A stretch of 64,000 nucleotides of DNA, taken from positions 1,488,001-1,552,000 of the forward strand of contig OZ059898.1 of assembly GCA_964057225.1 (NCBI GenBank), given 5' to 3'. How positions within the stretch are numbered: position 1 is the first letter of the stretch; every line of letters starts with the position of its first letter. The DNA comes from Auanema rhodensis. Taxonomy: Eukaryota > Animalia > Nematoda. A model generated the notes under the pieces. The model saw only the letters and a list, made by a program, of their open reading frames with translations. It made no database searches and was not told the DNA's origin. Below, piece by piece: positions 12,138-26,100 of this stretch. The position numbers and the translations under genes are program-made.

Positions 12138-15100
12138 TTATCAGATTTGCGCTAGCTTGAAAATGCACCGAGATATCAACTGATATAAGTTCACACTTAT
12201 ATCCTCGATTTTCACCCTGAAGAATTAATTTTTTCGTTGAATAACATTGTCCATCGTCTTTGCCTTGAAAAAAGGAATCTAAAAACATCTACTTTTTGCT
12301 AAATTATTTTGAAATTTTTTGAAAAAATTTTTGTCAAAATGTTTTTGGAAGCAATGTTGAGTGTATATGGAAACTCAACATACACTAATGCATCATTTTT
12401 CAAACGATCATAACTAATTTTTGTATTAAGCGTTTCTCAATGTAGCATAGTGCATTCGATGCGGATTTTTAAGCTGCGTCGATCTGTGTTATCAGATTTG
12501 CGCTAGCTTAAAAATGCACCGAGATATCAACTGATATAAGTTCACACTTATATCCTCGATTTTCACCCTGAAGAATTAATTTTTTCGTTGAATAACATTG
12601 TCCATCGTCTTTGCCTTGAAAATAGGAATCTAAAAACATCTACTTTTTGCTAAATTATTTTGAAATTTTTCGAAAAAATTTTTGTCAAAATGTTTTTGGA
12701 AGCAATGTTGAGTGTACATGGAAACTCAACATACACTAATGCATCATTTTTCAAACGATCATAACTAATTTTTGTATTAAACGTTTCTCAATGTCGTATA
12801 GTGCATTCGATGCGGATTTTTAAGCTGCGTCGATCTGTGTTATCAGATTTGCGCTAGCTTAAAAATGCACCGAGATATCAACTGATATAAGTTCACACTT
12901 ATATCCTCGATTTTCACCCTGAAGAATTAATTTTTTCGTTGAATAACATTGTCCATCGTCTTTGACTTGAAAAAAGGAAACTAAAAACATCTACTTTTTG
13001 CCAAATTATTTTGAAATTTTTCGAAAAAATTTTTGTCAAAATGTTTTTGGAAGCAATGTTGAGTGTACATGGAAACTCAACATACACTAATGCATCATTT
13101 TTCGAACGATCATAACTAATTTTTGTATTAAGCGTTTCTCAATGTAGTATAGTGCATTCGATGCGGATTTTTAAGCTGCGTCGATCTGTGTTATCAGATT
13201 TGCGCTAGCTTAAAAATGCACCGAGATATCAACTGATATAAGTTCACACTTATATCCTCGATTTTCACCCTGAAGAATTAATTTTTTCGTTGAATAACAT
13301 TGTCCATCGTCTTTGCCTTGAAAAAAGGAATCTAAAAACATCTACTTTTTGCTAAATTATTTTGAAATTTTTCGAAAAAATTTTTGTCAAAATGTTTTTG
13401 GAAGCAATGTTGAGTGTACATGGAAACTCAACATACACTAATGCATCATTTTTCAAACAATCATAACTAATTTTTGTATTGAGCGTTTCTCAATGTAGTA
13501 TAGTGCATTCGATGCGGATTTTTAAGCTGCGTCGATCTGTTTTATCAGATTTGCGCTAGCTTAAAAATGCACCGAGATATCAACTGATATAAGTTCACAC
13601 TTATATCCTCGATTTTCACCCTGAAGAATTAATTTTTTCGTTGAATAACATTGTCCATCGTCTTTGCCTTGAAAAAAGGAATCTAAAAACATCTACTTTT
13701 TGCTAAATTATTTTGAAATTTTTTGAAAAAATTTTTGTCAAAATGTTTTTGGAAGCAATGTTGAGTGTACATGGAAACTCAACATACACTAATGCATCAT
13801 TTTTCAAACGATCATAACTAATTTTTGTATTAAGCGTTTCTCAATGTAGCATAGTGCATTCGATGCGGATTTTTAAGCTGCGTCGATCTGTGTTATCAGA
13901 TTTGCGCTAGCTTAAAAATGCACCGAGATATCAACTGATATAAGTTCACACTTATATCCTCGATTTTCACCCTGAAGAATTAATTTTTTCGTTGAATAAC
14001 ATTGTCCATCGTCTTTGCCTTGAAAATAGGAATCTAAAAACATCTACTTTTTGCTAAATTATTTTGAAATTTTTCGAAAAAATTTTTGTCAAAATGTTTT
14101 TGGAAGCAATGTTGAGTGTACATGGAAACTCAACATACACTAATGCATCATTTTTCAAACGATCATAACTAATTTTTGTATTAAACGTTTCTCAATGTCG
14201 TATAGTGCATTCGATGCGGATTTTTAAGCTGCGTCGATCTGTGTTATCAGATTTGCGCTAGCTTAAAAATGCACCGAGATATCAACTGATATAAGTTCAC
14301 ACTTATATCCTCGATTTTCACCCTGAAGAATTAATTTTTTCGTTGAATAACATTGTCCATCGTCTTTGACTTGAAAAAAGGAAACTAAAAACATCTACTT
14401 TTTGCCAAATTATTTTGAAATTTTTCGAAAAAATTTTTGTCAAAATGTTTTTGGAAGCAATGTTGAGTGTACATGGAAACTCAACATACACTAATGCATC
14501 ATTTTTCGAACGATCATAACTAATTTTTGTATTAAGCGTTTCTCAATATAGTATAGTGCATTCGATGCGGATTTTTAAGCTGCGTCGATCTGTGTTATCA
14601 GATTTGCGCTAGCTTAAAAATGCACCGAGATATCAACTGATATAAGTTCACACTTATATCCTCGATTTTCACCCTGAAGAATTAATTTTTTCGTTGAATA
14701 ACATTGTCCATCGTCTTTGCCTTGAAAATAGGAATCTAAAAACATCTACTTTTTGCTAAATTATTTTGAAATTTTTTGAAAAAATTTTTGTCAAAATGTT
14801 TTTGGAAGCAATGTTGAGTGTACATGGAAACTCAACATACACTAATGCATCATTTTTCAAACGATCATAACTAATTTTTGTATTAAGCGTTTCTCAATAT
14901 AGTATAGTGCATTCGATGCGGATTTTTAAGCTGCGTCGATCTGTGTTATCAGATTTGCGCTAGCTTAAAAATGCACCGAGATATCAACTGATATAAGTTC
15001 ACACTTATATCCTCGATTTTCACCCTGAAGAATTAATTTTTTCGTTGAATAACATTGTCCATCGTCTTTGCCTTGAAAATAGGAATCTAAAAACATCTAC

Positions 15101-18100
15101 TTTTTGCTAAATTATTTTGAAATTTTTCGAAAAAATTTTTGTCAAAATGTTTTTGGAAGCAATGTTGAGTGTACATGGAAACTCAACATACACTAATGCA
15201 TCATTTTTCAAACGATCATAACTAATTTTTGTATTAAACGTTTCTCAATGTCGTATAGTGCATTCGATGCGGATTTTTAAGCTGCGTCGATCTGTGTTAT
15301 CAGATTTGCGCTAGCTTAAAAATGCACCGAGATATCAACTGATATAAGTTCACACTTATATCCTCGATTTTCACCCTGAAGAATTAATTTTTTCGTTGAA
15401 TAACATTGTCCATCGTCTTTGACTTGAAAAAAGGAAACTAAAAACATCTACTTTTTGCCAAATTATTTTGAAATTTTTCGAAAAAATTTTTGTCAAAATG
15501 TTTTTGGAAGCAATGTTGAGTGTACATGGAAACTCAACATACACTAATGCATCATTTTTCGAACGATCATAACTAATTTTTGTATTAAGCGTTTCTCAAT
15601 GTAGTATAGTGCATTCGATGCGGATTTTTAAGCTGCGTCGATCTGTGTTATCAGATTTGCGCTAGCTTAAAAATGCACCGAGATATCAACTGATATAAGT
15701 TCACACTTATATCCTCGATTTTCACCCTGAAGAATTAATTTTTTCGTTGAATAACATTGTCCATCGTCTTTGCCTTGAAAAAAGGAATCTAAAAACATCT
15801 ACTTTTTGCTAAATTATTTTGAAATTTTTCGAAAAAATTTTTGTCAAAATGTTTTTGGAAGCAATGTTGAGTGTACATGGAAACTCAACATACACTAATG
15901 CATCATTTTTCAAACAATCATAACTAATTTTTGTATTGAGCGTTTCTCAATGTAGTATAGTGCATTCGATGCGGATTTTTAAGCTGCGTCGATCTGTTTT
16001 ATCAGATTTGCGCTAGCTTGAAAATGCACCGAGATATCAACTGATATAAGTTCACACTTATATCCTCGATTTTCACCCTGAAGAATTAATTTTTTCGTTG
16101 AATAACATTGTCCATCGTCTTTGCCTTGAAAAAAGGAATCTAAAAACATCTACTTTTTGCTAAATTATTTTGAAATTTTTTGAAAAAAATTTTTTTTATT
16201 TTTGTCAAAATGTTTTTGGAAGCAATGTTGAGTGTATATGGAAACTCAACATACACTAATGCATCATTTTTCAAACGATCATAACTAATTTTTGTATTAA
16301 GCGTTTCTCAATGTAGCATAGTGCATTCGATGCGGATTTTTAAGCTGCGTCGATCTGTGTTATCAGATTTGCGCTAGCTTAAAAATGCACCGAGATATCA
16401 ACTGATATAAGTTCACACTTATATCCTCGATTTTCACCCTGAAGAATTAATTTTTTCGTTGAATAACATTGTCCATCGTCTTTGCCTTGAAAATAGGAAT
16501 CTAAAAACATCTACTTTTTGCTAAATTATTTTGAAATTTTTCGAAAAAATTTTTGTCAAAATGTTTTTGGAAGCAATGTTGAGTGTACATGGAAACTCAA
16601 CATACACTAATGCATCATTTTTCAAACGATCATAACTAATTTTTGTATTAAACGTTTCTCAATGTCGTATAGTGCATTCGATGCGGATTTTTAAGCTGCG
16701 TCGATCTGTGTTATCAGATTTGCGCTAGCTTAAAAATGCACCGAGATATCAACTGATATAAGTTCACACTTATATCCTCGATTTTCACCCTGAAGAATTA
16801 ATTTTTTCGTTGAATAACATTGTCCATCGTCTTTGACTTGAAAAAAGGAAACTAAAAACATCTACTTTTTGCCAAATTATTTTGAAATTTTTCGAAAAAA
16901 TTTTTGTCAAAATGTTTTTGGAAGCAATGTTGAGTGTACATGGAAACTCAACATACACTAATGCATCATTTTTCGAACGATCATAACTAATTTTTGTATT
17001 AAGCGTTTCTCAATGTAGTATAGTGCATTCGATGCGGATTTTTAAGCTGCGTCGATCTGTGTTATCAGATTTGCGCTAGCTTAAAAATGCACCGAGATAT
17101 CAACTGATATAAGTTCACACTTATATCCTCGATTTTCACCCTGAAGAATTAATTTTTTCGTTGAATAACATTGTCCATCGTCTTTGCCTTGAAAAAAGGA
17201 ATCTAAAAACATCTACTTTTTGCTAAATTATTTTGAAATTTTTCGAAAAAATTTTTGTCAAAATGTTTTTGGAAGCAATGTTGAGTGTACATGGAAACTC
17301 AACATACACTAATGCATCATTTTTCAAACAATCATAACTAATTTTTGTATTGAGCGTTTCTCAATGTAGTATAGTGCATTCGATGCGGATTTTTAAGCTG
17401 CGTCGATCTGTTTTATCAGATTTGCGCTAGCTTAAAAATGCACCGAGATATCAACTGATATAAGTTCACACTTATATCCTCGATTTTCACCCTGAAGAAT
17501 TAATTTTTTCGTTGAATAACATTGTCCATCGTCTTTGCCTTGAAAAAAGGAATCTAAAAACATCTACTTTTTGCTAAATTATTTTGAAATTTTTTGAAAA
17601 AATTTTTGTCAAAATGTTTTTGGAAGCAATGTTGAGTGTACATGGAAACTCAACATACACTAATGCATCATTTTTCAAACGATCATAACTAATTTTTGTA
17701 TTAAGCGTTTCTCAATGTAGCATAGTGCATTCGATGCGGATTTTTAAGCTGCGTCGATCTGTGTTATCAGATTTGCGCTAGCTTAAAAATGCACCGAGAT
17801 ATCAACTGATATAAGTTCACACTTATATCCTCGATTTTCACCCTGAAGAATTAATTTTTTCGTTGAATAACATTGTCCATCGTCTTTGCCTTGAAAATAG
17901 GAATCTAAAAACATCTACTTTTTGCTAAATTATTTTGAAATTTTTCGAAAAAATTTTTGTCAAAATGTTTTTGGAAGCAATGTTGAGTGTACATGGAAAC
18001 TCAACATACACTAATGCATCATTTTTCAAACGATCATAACTAATTTTTGTATTAAACGTTTCTCAATGTCGTATAGTGCATTCGATGCGGATTTTTAAGC

Positions 18101-19869
18101 TGCGTCGATCTGTGTTATCAGATTTGCGCTAGCTTAAAAATGCACCGAGATATCAACTGATATAAGTTCACACTTATATCCTCGATTTTCACCCTGAAGA
18201 ATTAATTTTTTCGTTGAATAACATTGTCCATCGTCTTTGACTTGAAAAAAGGAAACTAAAAACATCTACTTTTTGCCAAATTATTTTGAAATTTTTCGAA
18301 AAAATTTTTGTCAAAATGTTTTTGGAAGCAATGTTGAGTGTACATGGAAACTCAACATACACTAATGCATCATTTTTCGAACGATCATAACTAATTTTTG
18401 TATTAAGCGTTTCTCAATATAGTATAGTGCATTCGATGCGGATTTTTAAGCTGCGTCGATCTGTGTTATCAGATTTGCGCTAGCTTAAAAATGCACCGAG
18501 ATATCAACTGATATAAGTTCACACTTATATCCTCGATTTTCACCCTGAAGAATTAATTTTTTCGTTGAATAACATTGTCCATCGTCTTTGCCTTGAAAAT
18601 AGGAATCTAAAAACATCTACTTTTTGCTAAATTATTTTGAAATTTTTTGAAAAAATTTTTGTCAAAATGTTTTTGGAAGCAATGTTGAGTGTACATGGAA
18701 ACTCAACATACACTAATGCATCATTTTTCAAACGATCATAACTAATTTTTGTATTAAGCGTTTCTCAATATAGTATAGTGCATTCGATGCGGATTTTTAA
18801 GCTGCGTCGATCTGTGTTATCAGATTTGCGCTAGCTTAAAAATGCACCGAGATATCAACTGATATAAGTTCACACTTATATCCTCGATTTTCACCCTGAA
18901 GAATTAATTTTTTCGTTGAATAACATTGTCCATCGTCTTTGCCTTGAAAATAGGAATCTAAAAACATCTACTTTTTGCTAAATTATTTTGAAATTTTTCG
19001 AAAAAATTTTTGTCAAAATGTTTTTGGAAGCAATGTTGAGTGTACATGGAAACTCAACATACACTAATGCATCATTTTTCAAACGATCATAACTAATTTT
19101 TGTATTAAACGTTTCTCAATGTCGTATAGTGCATTCGATGCGGATTTTTAAGCTGCGTCGATCTGTGTTATCAGATTTGCGCTAGCTTAAAAATGCACCG
19201 AGATATCAACTGATATAAGTTCACACTTATATCCTCGATTTTCACCCTGAAGAATTAATTTTTTCGTTGAATAACATTGTCCATCGTCTTTGACTTGAAA
19301 AAAGGAAACTAAAAACATCTACTTTTTGCCAAATTATTTTGAAATTTTTCGAAAAAATTTTTGTCAAAATGTTTTTGGAAGCAATGTTGAGTGTACATGG
19401 AAACTCAACATACACTAATGCATCATTTTTCGAACGATCATAACTAATTTTTGTATTAAGCGTTTCTCAATGTAGTATAGTGCATTCGATGCGGATTTTT
19501 AAGCTGCGTCGATCTGTGTTATCAGATTTGCGCTAGCTTAAAAATGCACCGAGATATCAACTGATATAAGTTCACACTTATATCCTCGATTTTCACCCTG
19601 AAGAATTAATTTTTTCGTTGAATAACATTGTCCATCGTCTTTGCCTTGAAAAAAGGAATCTAAAAACATCTACTTTTTGCTAAATTATTTTGAAATTTTT
19701 CGAAAAAATTTTTGTCAAAATGTTTTTGGAAGCAATGTTGAGTGTACATGGAAACTCAACATACACTAATGCATCATTTTTCAAACAATCATAACTAATT
19801 TTTGTATTGAGCGTTTCTCAATGTAGTATAGTGCATTCGATGCGGATTTTTAAGCTGCGTCGATCTGTT
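12138..19869. repeat. Tandem duplication of an 11-monomer block (3861 bp)
   Basis: M36-46 and M47-57 carry the same ordered variants, including the rare 81T (GTGTATATGG at ~12361 and ~16232) and the paired 157A monomers (M42/43 and M53/54). Confidence 0.9.
16183..16203. other. 10-bp insertion in monomer M47 (A6T5 becomes A7T8AT5)
   Basis: The sequence reads TGAAAAAAATTTTTTTTATTTTTGTC instead of TGAAAAAATTTTTGTC, and the downstream register shifts by +10. Confidence 0.95.
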
Positions 19870-22800
19870 TTATCAGATTTGCGCTAGCTTAAAAATGCAC
19901 CGAGATATCAACTGATATAAGTTCACACTTATATCCTCGATTTTCACCCTGAAGAATTAATTTTTTCGTTGAATAACATTGTCCATCGTCTTTGCCTTGA
20001 AAAAAGGAATCTAAAAACATCTACTTTTTGCTAAATTATTTTGAAATTTTTTGAAAAAATTTTTGTCAAAATGTTTTTGGAAGCAATGTTGAGTGTACAT
20101 GGAAACTCAACATACACTAATGCATCATTTTTCAAACGATCATAACTAATTTTTGTATTAAGCGTTTCTCAATGTAGCATAGTGCATTCGATGCGGATTT
20201 TTAAGCTGCGTCGATCTGTGTTATCAGATTTGCGCTAGCTTAAAAATGCACCGAGATATCAACTGATATAAGTTCACACTTATATCCTCGATTTTCACCC
20301 TGAAGAATTAATTTTTTCGTTGAATAACATTGTCCATCGTCTTTGCCTTGAAAATAGGAATCTAAAAACATCTACTTTTTGCTAAATTATTTTGAAATTT
20401 TTCGAAAAAATTTTTGTCAAAATGTTTTTGGAAGCAATGTTGAGTGTACATGGAAACTCAACATACACTAATGCATCATTTTTCAAACGATCATAACTAA
20501 TTTTTGTATTAAGCGTTTCTCAATGTAGTATAGTGCATTCGATGCGGATTTTTAAGCTGCGTCGATCTGTGTTATCAGATTTGCGCTAGCTTAAAAATGC
20601 ACCGAGATATCAACTGATATAAGTTCACACTTATATCCTCGATTTTCACCCTGAAGAATTAATTTTTTCGTTGAATAACATTGTCCATCGTCTTTGCCTT
20701 GAAAAAAGGAATCTAAAAACATCTACTTTTTGCTAAATTATTTTGAAATTTTTCGAAAAAATTTTTGTCAAAATGTTTTTGGAAGCAATGTTGAGTGTAC
20801 ATGGAAACTCAACATACACTAATGCATCATTTTTCAAACAATCATAACTAATTTTTGTATTGAGCGTTTCTCAATGTAGTATAGTGCATTCGATGCGGAT
20901 TTTGAAGCTGCGTCGATCTGTGTTATCAGATTTGCGCTAGCTTAAAAATGCACCGAGATATCAACTGATATAAGTTCACACTTATATCCTCGATTTTCAC
21001 CCTGAAGAATTAATTTTTTCGTTGAATAACATTGTCCATCGTCTTTGCCTTGAAAATAGGAATCTAAAAACATCTACTTTTTGCTAAATTATTTTGAAAT
21101 TTTTCGAAAAAATTTTTGTCAAAATGTTTTTGGAAGCAATGTTGAGTGTACATGGAAACTCAACATACACTAATGCATCATTTTTCAAACGATCATAACT
21201 AATTTTTGTATTAAACGTTTCTCAATGTCGTATAGTGCATTCGATGCGGATTTTTAAGCTGCGTCGATCTGTGTTATCAGATTTGCGCTAGCTTAAAAAT
21301 GCACCGAGATATCAACTGATATAAGTTCACACTTATATCCTCGATTTTCACCCTGAAGAATTAATTTTTTCGTTGAATAACATTGTCCATCGTCTTTGAC
21401 TTGAAAAAAGGAAACTAAAAACATCTACTTTTTGCCAAATTATTTTGAAATTTTTCGAAAAAATTTTTGTCAAAATGTTTTTGGAAGCAATGTTGAGTGT
21501 ACATGGAAACTCAACATACACTAATGCATCATTTTTCGAACGATCATAACTAATTTTTGTATTAAGCGTTTCTCAATGTAGTATAGTGCATTCGATGCGG
21601 ATTTTTAAGCTGCGTCGATCTGTGTTATCAGATTTGCGCTAGCTTAAAAATGCACCGAGATATCAACTGATATAAGTTCACACTTATATCCTCGATTTTC
21701 ACCCTGAAGAATTAATTTTTTCGTTGAATAACATTGTCCATCGTCTTTGCCTTGAAAAAAGGAATCTAAAAACATCTACTTTTTGCTAAATTATTTTGAA
21801 ATTTTTCGAAAAAATTTTTGTCAAAATGTTTTTGGAAGCAATGTTGAGTGTACATGGAAACTCAACATACACTAATGCATCATTTTTCAAACAATCATAA
21901 CTAATTTTTGTATTGAGCGTTTCTCAATGTAGTATAGTGCATTCGATGCGGATTTTTAAGCTGCGTCGATCTGTTTTATCAGATTTGCGCTAGCTTAAAA
22001 ATGCACCGAGATATCAACTGATATAAGTTCACACTTATATCCTCGATTTTCACCCTGAAGAATTAATTTTTTCGTTGAATAACATTGTCCATCGTCTTTG
22101 CCTTGAAAAAAGGAATCTAAAAACATCTACTTTTTGCTAAATTATTTTGAAATTTTTTGAAAAAATTTTTGTCAAAATGTTTTTGGAAGCAATGTTGAGT
22201 GTACATGGAAACTCAACATACACTAATGCATCATTTTTCAAACGATCATAACTAATTTTTGTATTAAGCGTTTCTCAATGTAGCATAGTGCATTCGATGC
22301 GGATTTTTAAGCTGCGTCGATCTGTGTTATCAGATTTGCGCTAGCTTAAAAATGCACCGAGATATCAACTGATATAAGTTCACACTTATATCCTCGATTT
22401 TCACCCTGAAGAATTAATTTTTTCGTTGAATAACATTGTCCATCGTCTTTGCCTTGAAAATAGGAATCTAAAAACATCTACTTTTTGCTAAATTATTTTG
22501 AAATTTTTCGAAAAAATTTTTGTCAAAATGTTTTTGGAAGCAATGTTGAGTGTACATGGAAACTCAACATACACTAATGCATCATTTTTCAAACGATCAT
22601 AACTAATTTTTGTATTAAGCGTTTCTCAATGTAGTATAGTGCATTCGATGCGGATTTTTAAGCTGCGTCGATCTGTGTTATCAGATTTGCGCTAGCTTAA
22701 AAATGCACCGAGATATCAACTGATATAAGTTCACACTTATATCCTCGATTTTCACCCTGAAGAATTAATTTTTTCGTTGAATAACATTGTCCATCGTCTT

Positions 22801-23176
22801 TGCCTTGAAAAAAGGAATCTAAAAACATCTACTTTTTGCTAAATTATTTTGAAATTTTTCGAAAAAATTTTTGTCAAAATGTTTTTGGAAGCAATGTTGA
22901 GTGTACATGGAAACTCAACATACACTAATGCATCATTTTTCAAACAATCATAACTAATTTTTGTATTGAGCGTTTCTCAATGTAGTATAGTGCATTCGAT
23001 GCGGATTTTGAAGCTGCGTCGATCTGTGTTATCAGATTTGCGCTAGCTTAAAAATGCACCGAGATATCAACTGATATAAGTTCACACTTATATCCTCGAT
23101 TTTCACCCTGAAGAATTAATTTTTTCGTTGAATAACATTGTCCATCGTCTTTGACTTGAAAAAAGGAAACTAAAAA
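18965..23176. repeat. Tandem duplication of a 6-monomer block (2106 bp)
   Basis: M55-60 and M61-66 share the order B,C,D,A,consensus,D(185G). The rare TTTTGAAGCT allele occurs only at ~20904 and ~23010. Confidence 0.9.
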
Positions 23177-26100
23177 CATCTACTTTTTGCCAAATTATTT
23201 TGAAATTTTTCGAAAAAATTTTTGTCAAAATGTTTTTGGAAGCAATGTTGAGTGTACATGGAAACTCAACATACACTAATGCATCATTTTTCGAACGATC
23301 ATAACTAATTTTTGTATTAAGCGTTTCTCAATGTAGTATAGTGCATTCGATGCGGATTTTTAAGCTGCGTCGATCTGTTTTATCAGATTTGCGCTAGCTT
23401 AAAAATGCACCGAGATATCAACTGATATAAGTTCACACTTATATCCTCGATTTTCACCCTGAAGAATTAATTTTTTCGTTGAATAACATTGTCCATCATC
23501 TTTGCCTTGAAAAAAGGAATCTAAAAACATCTACTTTTTGCTAAATTATTTTGAAATTTTTTGAAAAAATTTTTGTCAAAATGTTTTTGGAAGCAATGTT
23601 GAGTGTACATGGAAACTCAACATACACTAATGCATCATTTTTCAAACGATCATAACTAATTTTTGTATTAAGCGTTTCTCAATGTAGCATAGTGCATTCG
23701 ATGCGGATTTTTAAGCTGCGTCGATCTGTGTTATCAGATTTGCGCTAGCTTAAAAATGCACCGAGATATCAACTGATATAAGTTCACACTTATATCCTCG
23801 ATTTTCACCCTGAAGAATTAATTTTTTCGTTGAATAACATTGTCCATCGTCTTTGCCTTGAAAATAGGAATCTAAAAACATCTACTTTTTGCTAAATTAT
23901 TTTGAAATTTTTCGAAAAAATTTTTGTCAAAATGTTTTTGGAAGCAATGTTGAGTGTACATGGAAACTCAACATACACTAATGCATCATTTTTCAAACGA
24001 TCATAACTAATTTTTGTATTAAACGTTTCTCAATGTCGTATAGTGCATTCGATGCGGATTTTTAAGCTGCGTCGATCTGTGTTATCAGATTTGCGCTAGC
24101 TTAAAAATGCACCGAGATATCAACTGATATAAGTTCACACTTATATCCTCGATTTTCACCCTGAAGAATTAATTTTTTCGTTGAATAACATTGTCCATCG
24201 TCTTTGACTTGAAAAAAGGAAACTAAAAACATCTACTTTTTGCCAAATTATTTTGAAATTTTTCGAAAAAATTTTTGTCAAAATGTTTTTGGAAGCAATG
24301 TTGAGTGTACATGGAAACTCAACATACACTAATGCATCATTTTTCGAACGATCATAACTAATTTTTGTATTAAGCGTTTCTCAATATAGTATAGTGCATT
24401 CGATGCGGATTTTTAAGCTGCGTCGATCTGTGTTATCAGATTTGCGCTAGCTTAAAAATGCACCGAGATATCAACTGATATAAGTTCACACTTATATCCT
24501 CGATTTTCACCCTGAAGAATTAATTTTTTCGTTGAATAACATTGTCCATCGTCTTTGCCTTAAAAAAAGGAATCTAAAAACATCTACTTTTTGCTAAATT
24601 ATTTTGAAATTTTTCGAAAAAATTTTTGTCAAAATGTTTTTGGAAGCAATGTTGAGTGTACATGGAAACTCAACATACACTAATGCATCATTTTTCAAAC
24701 AATCATAACTAATTTTTGTATTGAGCGTTTCTCAATGTAGTATAGTGCATTCGATGCGGATTTTTAAGCTGCGTCGATCTGTGTTATCAGATTTGCGCTA
24801 GCTTAAAAATGCACCGAGATATCAACTGATATAAGTTCACACTTATATCCTCGATTTTCACCCTGAAGAATTAATTTTTTCGTTGAATAACATTGTCCAT
24901 CGTCTTTGACTTGAAAAAAGGAAACTAAAAACATCTACTTTTTGCCAAATTATTTTGAAATTTTTCGAAAACATTTTTGTCAAAATGTTTTTGGAAGCAA
25001 TGTTGAGTGTACATGGAAACTCAACATACACTAATGCATCATTTTTCGAACGATCATAACTAATTTTTGTATTAAGCGTTTCTCAATGTAGTATAGTGCA
25101 TTCGATGCGGATTTTTAAGCTGCGTCGATCTGTGTTATCAGATTTCCGCTAGCTTAAAAATGCACCGAGATATCAACTGATATAAGTTCACACTTATATC
25201 CTCGATTTTCACCCTGAAGAATTAATTTTTTCGTTGAATAACATTGTCCATCGTCTTTGCCTTGAAAAAAGGAATCTAAAAACATCTACTTTTTGCTAAA
25301 TTATTTTGAAATTTTTCGAAAAAATTTTTGTCAAAATGTTTTTGGAAGCAATGTTGAGTATACATGGAAACTCAACATACACTAATGCATCATTTTTCAA
25401 ACAATCATAACTAATTTTTGTATTGAGCGTTTCTCAATGTAGTATAGTGCATTCGATGCGGATTTTTAAGCTGCGTCGATCTGTGTTATTAGATTTGCGC
25501 TAGCTTAAAAATGCACCGAGATATCAACTGATATAAGTTCACACTTATATCCTCGATTTTCACCCTGAAGAATTAATTTTTTCGTTGAATAACATTGTCC
25601 ATCGTCTTTGCCTTGAAAAAAGGAATCTAAAAACATCTACTTTTTGCTAAATTATTTTGAAATTTTTTGAAAAAATTTTTGTCAAAATGTTTTTGGAAGC
25701 AATGTTGAGTGTACATGGAAACTCAACATACACTAATGCATCATTTTTCAAACGATCATAACTAATTTTTGTATTAAGCGTTTCTCAATGTAGCATAGTG
25801 CATTCGATGCGGATTTTTAAGCTGCGTCGATCTGTGTTATCAGATTTGCGCTAGCTTAAAAATGCACCGAGATATCAACTGATATAAGTTCACACATATA
25901 TCCTCGATTTTCACCCTGAAGAATTAATTTTTTCGTTGAATAACATTGTCTATCGTCTTTGCCTTGAAAATAGGAATCTAAAAACATCTACTTTTTGCTA
26001 AATTATTTTGAAATTTTTCGAAAAAATTTTTGTCAAAATGTTTTTGGAAGCAATGTTGAGTGTACATGGAAACTCAACATACACTAATGCATCATTTTTC

